Below are positions 57,701 through 64,000 of a stretch of DNA of 64,000 nucleotides, one piece after another (within the stretch, counting starts at the first letter, position 1; the number at the start of each line of letters is the position of its first letter). Position numbers and translations under genes: made by a program. Source of the stretch: Eledone cirrhosa (Eukaryota); the NCBI GenBank assembly GCA_964016885.1, contig OZ024755.1, positions 43,648,001 to 43,712,000 on the forward strand, written 5' to 3'. The notes under the pieces are model-generated. The model was not told where the DNA came from. It saw only the letters and a program-made list of their open reading frames with translations, and did no database searches.

Positions 57701-60700
57701 ACAGTACTAACGTATACTGTGTACCACAGTTGCCAATGCCAACATATACTGTGTACCACAGTTGACAGTACCAACATATACTGTGTACCACAGTTGACAG
57801 TACCAACATATACTGTGTACCACAGTTAACAGTACCAACATATACTGTGTACCACAGCTGACAGTACCAACATATACTGTGTACCACAGTTGACAGTACC
57901 AACATATACTGTGTACCTCAGTTGACAGTACCAACATATACTGTGTACCACAGTTGACAATACCAACATATACTGTGTACCACAGTTGACAGTACCAACA
58001 TATACTGTGTACCACAGTTGACAGTACCAACATATACTGTGTACCACAGTTGACAGTACCAACATATACTTTGTACCACAGTTGACAGTACCAACATATA
58101 CTGTGTACCACAGTTAACAGTACCAACATATACTGTGTACCACATTTGACAGTACCAACGTATACTGTGTACCACAGTTGACAGTACCATCATATACTGT
58201 GTACCACAGTTGACAGTACCAACGTATACTGTGTACCAGAGTTGACAGTACCAACATATACTGTGTACCACAGTTGACAGTACCAACGTATACTGTGTAC
58301 CACAGCTGACACTACCAACATATACTGTGTACCACAGTTGAGAGTACCAACACATAATGTGTACCACAGTTGACAGTACCAACATGTACCGTCTACCACA
58401 GTTGAGAGTACCAACGTATACTGTGTACCACAGTTGATTGTAGCAACGTATACACTGTACCACAGTTGACAGTACCAACATATACTGTGTACCACTGTTG
58501 ACAGTACCAACATATACTGGGTACCGCAGTTAACAGTAGCAACATATACCGTGTACCACAGTTGAGAGTACCAACATATACTGTGTACCACAGTTGACAG
58601 TACCACCATATACTGTGTACCACAGTTGACAGTACCAACATATACTGTGTACCATAGTTGACAGTGCCAACATATACCTTCTACCACAGTTGACAATACC
58701 AACATATACTGTGTACCACAGTTGACAGTACCAACATATACTGTGTACCACAGTTGACAGTACCAACGTATACTGTGTACCACAGTTGACAGTACCAACA
58801 TATACTGTGTAACACAGTTGACAGTACCAACATATACCGTGTACCACAGTTGACAGTACCAACGTATACTGTGTACCACTGTTGAAAGTACCAACATATA
58901 CTGTGTACCACAGTTGACAGTACCAACATATACTGTGTACCACAGTTGACAGTACCAACATATACTGTGTACCACAGTTGACAGTACCAACGTATACTGT
59001 ATACCACATTTGACAGTACCAACGTAAACTGTACCACAGTTGACAGTACCAACCTATACTGTGTACCACTGGTGACAGTACCAACATATACCGTGTACCA
59101 CAGTTGACAGTACCAACATATACTGTATACCACTGTTGACAGTACCAACATATACTGTGTACCACTGTTGACAGTACCAACATATACTGTGTACCACTGT
59201 TGTCTACCAACATATACCGTGTACCACAGTTCACAGTACCAACGTATACTGTGTATGTTACCACAGTTGACAGTTCCAACATATACTGCGTACCACAGTT
59301 GACAGTACCAACGTATACTGTGTACCACTGTTGACAATACCAACATATACTGTGTACCACAGTTGACAGTACCAACATATACTGTGTACCACAGTTGACA
59401 GTACCAACATATACTGTGTACCTCAGTTGACAGTACCTACATATACTGTGTACCACAGTTGACAGTACCAACATGTACCGTGTACCACAGTTGATAGTAC
59501 CAACGTATACTGTGTACCACAGTTGAGAGTACCAACGTATACTGTGTACCACGGTTGACAGTACCAACATATACTGTGTACCACAGTTGACAGTACCAAC
59601 ATATACTGTGTACCACAGTTGACAGTACCAACATATACTGTGTACCACAGTTGACAGTACCAACATATACTGTGTACCACTGTTGACAGTACCAACATAT
59701 ACTGTGTACCACTGTTGACTACCAACATATACCGTGTACCACAGTTCACAGTACCAACGTATACTGTGTATGTTACCACAGTTGACAGTACCAACATATA
59801 CTGTGTACCACAGTTGACAGTACCAACATATACTGTGTACCACTGTTGACTACCAACATATACCATGTACCACAGTTCACAGTACCAACGTATACTGTGT
59901 ATGTTACCACAGTTGACAGTACCAACATATACTGTGTACCACAGTTGAGAGTACCAACATATACTGGGTACCACTGTTGACAGTACCAACATATACTGTG
60001 TACCACAGTTGACAGTACCAACATATACTGTGTACCACAGTTGACAGTACTAACGTATACTGTGTACCACAGTTGCCAATGCCAACATATACTGTGTACC
60101 ACAGTTGACAGTACCAACATATACTGTGTACCACAGTTGACAGTACCAACATATACTGTGTACCACAGTTAACAGTACCAACATATACTGTGTACCACAG
60201 TTGACAGTACCAACATATACTGTGTACCACAGTTGACAGTACCAACATATACTGTGTACCTCAGTTGACAGTACCAACATATACTGTGTACCACAGTTGA
60301 CAATACCAACATATACTGTGTACCACAGTTGACAGTACCAACATATACTGTGTACCACAGTTGACACTACCAACATATACTGTGTACCACAGTTGACAGT
60401 ACCAACATATACTTTGTACCACAGTTGACAGTACCAACATATACTGTGTACCACAGTTAACAGTACCAACATATACTGTGTACCACATTTGACAGTACCA
60501 ACGTATACTGTGTACCACAGTTGACAGTACCATCATATACTGTGTACCACAGTTGACAGTACCAACGTATACTGTGTACCAGAGTTGACAGTACCAACAT
60601 ATACTGTGTACCACAGTTGACAGTACCAACATATACTGTGTACCACAGCTGACACTACCAACATATACTGTGTACCACAGTTGAGAGTACCAACATATAC

Positions 60701-62514
60701 TGTGTACCACAGTTGACAGTACCAACATGTACCGTCTACCACAGTTGAGAGTACCAACGTATACTGTGTACCACAGTTGATTGTAGCAACGTATACACTG
60801 TACCACAGTTGACAGTACCAACATATTCTGTGTACCACAGTTGACAGTACCAACATATACTGTGTACCACAGTTGACAGTACCAACATGTACCGTGTACC
60901 ACAGTTGATAGTACCAACGTATACTGTGTACCACAGTTGAGAGTACCAACGTATACTGTGTACCACAGTTGACAGTACCAACATATACTGTGTACCACAG
61001 TTGACAGTACCAACATATACTGTGTACCACAGTTGACAGTACCAACATATACTGTGTACCACTGTTGACAGTACCAACATATACTGTGTACCACTGTTGA
61101 CTACCAACATATACCGTGTACCACAGTTCACAGTACCAACGTATACTGTGTATGTTACCACAGTTGACAGTACCAACATATACTGTGTACCACAGTTGAC
61201 AGTACCAACATATACTGTGTACCACTGTTGACTACCAACATATACCATGTACCACAGTTCACAGTACCAACGTATACTGTGTATGTTACCACAGTTGACA
61301 GTACCAACATATACTGTGTACCACAGTTGAGAGTACCAACATATACTGGGTACCACTGTTGACAGTACCAACATATACTGTGTACCACAGTTGACAGTAC
61401 CAACATATACTGTGTACCACAGTTGACAGTACTAACGTATACTGTGTACCACAGTTGCCAATGCCAACATATACTGTGTACCACAGTTGACAGTACCAAC
61501 ATATACTGTGTACCACAGTTGACAGTACCAACATATACTGTGTACCACAGTTAACAGTACCAACATATACTGTGTACCACAGTTGACAGTACCAACATAT
61601 ACTGTGTACCACAGTTGACAGTACCAACATATACTGTGTACCTCAGTTGACAGTACCAACATATACTGTGTACCACAGTTGACAATACCAACATATACTG
61701 TGTACCACAGTTGACAGTACCAACATATACTGTGTACCACAGTTGACAGTACCAACATATACTGTGTACCACAGTTGACAGTACCAACATATACTTTGTA
61801 CCACAGTTGACAGTACCAACATATACTGTGTACCACAGTTAACAGTACCAACATATACTGTGTACCACATTTGACAGTACCAACGTATACTGTGTACCAC
61901 AGTTGACAGTACCATCATATACTGTGTACCACAGTTGACAGTACCAACGTATACTGTGTACCAGAGTTGACAGTACCAACATATACTGTGTACCACAGTT
62001 GACAGTACCAACGTATACTGTGTACCACAGCTGACACTACCAACATATACTGTGTACCACAGTTGAGAGTACCAACACATAATGTGTACCACAGTTGACA
62101 GTACCAACATGTACCGTCTACCACAGTTGAGAGTACCAACGTATACTGTGTACCACAGTTGATTGTAGCAACGTATACACTGTACCACAGTTGACAGTAC
62201 CAACATATACTGTGTACCACTGTTGACAGTACCAACATATACTGGGTACCGCAGTTAACAGTAGCAACATATACCGTGTACCACAGTTGAGAGTACCAAC
62301 ATATACTGTGTACCACAGTTGACAGTACCACCATATACTGTGTACCACAGTTGACAGTACCAACATATACTGTGTACCATAGTTGACAGTGCCAACATAT
62401 ACCTTCTACCACAGTTGACAATACCAACATATACTGTGTACCACAGTTGACAGTACCAACATATACTGTGTACCACAGTTGACAGTACCAACGTATACTG
62501 TGTACCACAGTTGA
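51781..62514. repeat. ~10.7-kb tandem segmental duplication, copy 2
   Basis: Matches 41082-51780, with one extra monomer near 53.5 kb. Visible SNVs are 44999 T vs 55721 C and 48553 A vs 59275 T. Confidence 0.92.
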
Positions 62515-64000
62515 CAGTACCAACATATACTGTGTAACACAGTTGACAGTACCAACATATACCGTGTACCACAGTTGACAGTACCAACGTATACTGTGTA
62601 CCACTGTTGAAAGTACCAACATATACTGTGTACCACAGTTGACAGTACCAACATATACTGTGTACCACAGTTGACAGTACCAACATATACTGTGTACCAC
62701 AGTTGACAGTACCAACGTATACTGTATACCACATTTGACAGTACCAACGTAAACTGTACCACAGTTGACAGTACCAACCTATACTGTGTACCACTGGTGA
62801 CAGTACCAACATATACCGTGTACCACAGTTGACAGTACCAACATATACTGTATACCACTGTTGACAGTACCAACATATACTGTGTACCACAGTTGACAGT
62901 ACCAACGTATACTGTGTATATTACCACAGTTGACAGTACCGACATATACTGTGTACCACAGTTGAGAGTACCAACGTATACCGTGTACCACAGTTGACAG
63001 TACCAACATACACTGTGTACCACAGTTGAAAGTACCAACGTATACTGTGTACCACAGTTGACAATACCATCATATACTGTGTACCACAGTTGACAGTACC
63101 AACATATACTGTGTACCACAGTTGACAGTACTAACATATACTGTGTACCACAATTGACAGTACCAACGTATACTGTGTACCACAGTTGACAGTACTAACG
63201 TATACTGTGTACCAAAGTTGACAATACCAACATATACTGTGTATCACAGTTGACAGTACCAACATATACTGTGTACCACAGTTGACAGTACCAACATATA
63301 CTGTGTACCACAGTTGACAATACCAGCGTATACTGTGCACCACAGTTGACAGTACCAACATATACCGTGTACCACAGTTGAGCGTACCAACATATACTGT
63401 GTACCACAGTTGATAGTACCAACATATACTGTGTACCAAAGTTGACAGTACCAACATATACTGTATACCACAGTTGACAGTACCAACGTATACTGTGTAC
63501 CACAGTTGACAATACCAACGTATGCTGTGTACCACAGTTGACAATACCAACATATACTGTGTACCACGGTTGACAGTACCAACATATACTGTGTACCACA
63601 GTTGACAGTTCCAACATATATGGTGTACCACTGTTGACACTACCGACATATACTGTGTAGCACAATTGACAGTACTAACATATACTGTGTACCACAGTTG
63701 CGAGTACCAACATATACTGGGTACCACTGTTGATAGTACCAACATATACTGTGTACCACAGTTGACAGTATCAACATATATTGTGTACCATTATTGACAG
63801 TACCAACATATACTGTGTACCACAGTTGACAATACCAACATATACTGTGTACCACAGTTGACAGTACCAACATATACTGTGTACCACAGTTGACAGTACC
63901 AACATATACTGTGTGCCATAGTTGACAGTATCAACGTATATGTGTACCACTGTTGACAGTACTAACATATGCTGTGTACCACAGTTGACAGTACCAACAT

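Larger units (their letters stand above)
1..64000. repeat. 32-bp tandem satellite/minisatellite array, consensus GACAGTACCAACATATACTGTGTACCACAGTT, ~2,000 head-to-tail monomers, running off both window ends
   Basis: The unit read at 1-32 recurs continuously to 64000 in one orientation. Most monomers differ from consensus by 0-3 substitutions; occasional 30-, 31-, 37- and 42-bp length variants occur. The ORF track shows only the 32-aa translation of a trimer. Confidence 0.99.

Noticed and set aside
128-63968. Hundreds of minus-strand ORFs (65-474 aa) as protein-coding genes
   Set aside because: They overlap in all three frames with the same repeat peptide, have no non-repetitive domain, and start and stop wherever variant monomers fall. 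They are a product of a stop-free repeat strand.
1-64000. CRISPR array (32-bp partly palindromic repeat)
   Set aside because: The repeats are directly adjacent with no unique spacers, and there is no leader or cas gene.
1-64000. Telomerase-synthesised long telomeric repeat
   Set aside because: Variants are inherited in multi-kilobase duplicated blocks, which indicates recombinational amplification rather than templated addition. The array is also very long and lacks G-runs.
1-64000. Plus-strand coding through TGA recoding (Trp or Sec)
   Set aside because: The sole consensus stop is TGA, but there is no start context, SECIS-like unique sequence or codon-position bias in the variants, and TAA/TAG variants and indels are frequent.
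1-64000. Rolling-circle or sequencing concatemer artefact, or synthetic DNA
   Set aside because: Variants recur exactly in nested, collinear blocks with graded divergence, which random sequencing error on a 32-bp circle would not produce. Only the two largest duplications remain open to an assembly explanation.

Overview
The whole 64 kb window is one uninterrupted, single-orientation, head-to-tail tandem array of a 32-bp monomer. The + strand consensus is GACAGTACCAACATATACTGTGTACCACAGTT (13/32 G+C), present in about 2,000 copies. It looks like eukaryotic satellite or large minisatellite DNA; the organism and family cannot be identified from the sequence alone. I found no unique sequence, genes, RNA genes, transposon insertions or CRISPR spacers. 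The hundreds of minus-strand ORFs are a by-product of the consensus having no stop codon on that strand: 3 monomers = 96 nt = the 32-aa unit MLVLSTVVHSICWYCQLWYTVYVGTVNCGTQY. The informative signal is the pattern of variant monomers. It shows a nested hierarchy of duplications (131, 384, 421, ~1.3-1.4 kb, ~2.6-2.8 kb, 3.7-3.9 kb, and two adjacent near-perfect tandem duplications of ~11.9 kb and ~10.7 kb) whose order can be partly reconstructed. The monomer carries two inverted repeats. A few mutations look hairpin-templated (a fold-back insertion at 8172-8191, a compensatory stem change at 2320-2334, a 5-bp insertion confined to the loop), and the commonest polymorphisms are CpG/TpG-CpA type. 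I found no evidence for a protein-coding or novel enzymatic system here.
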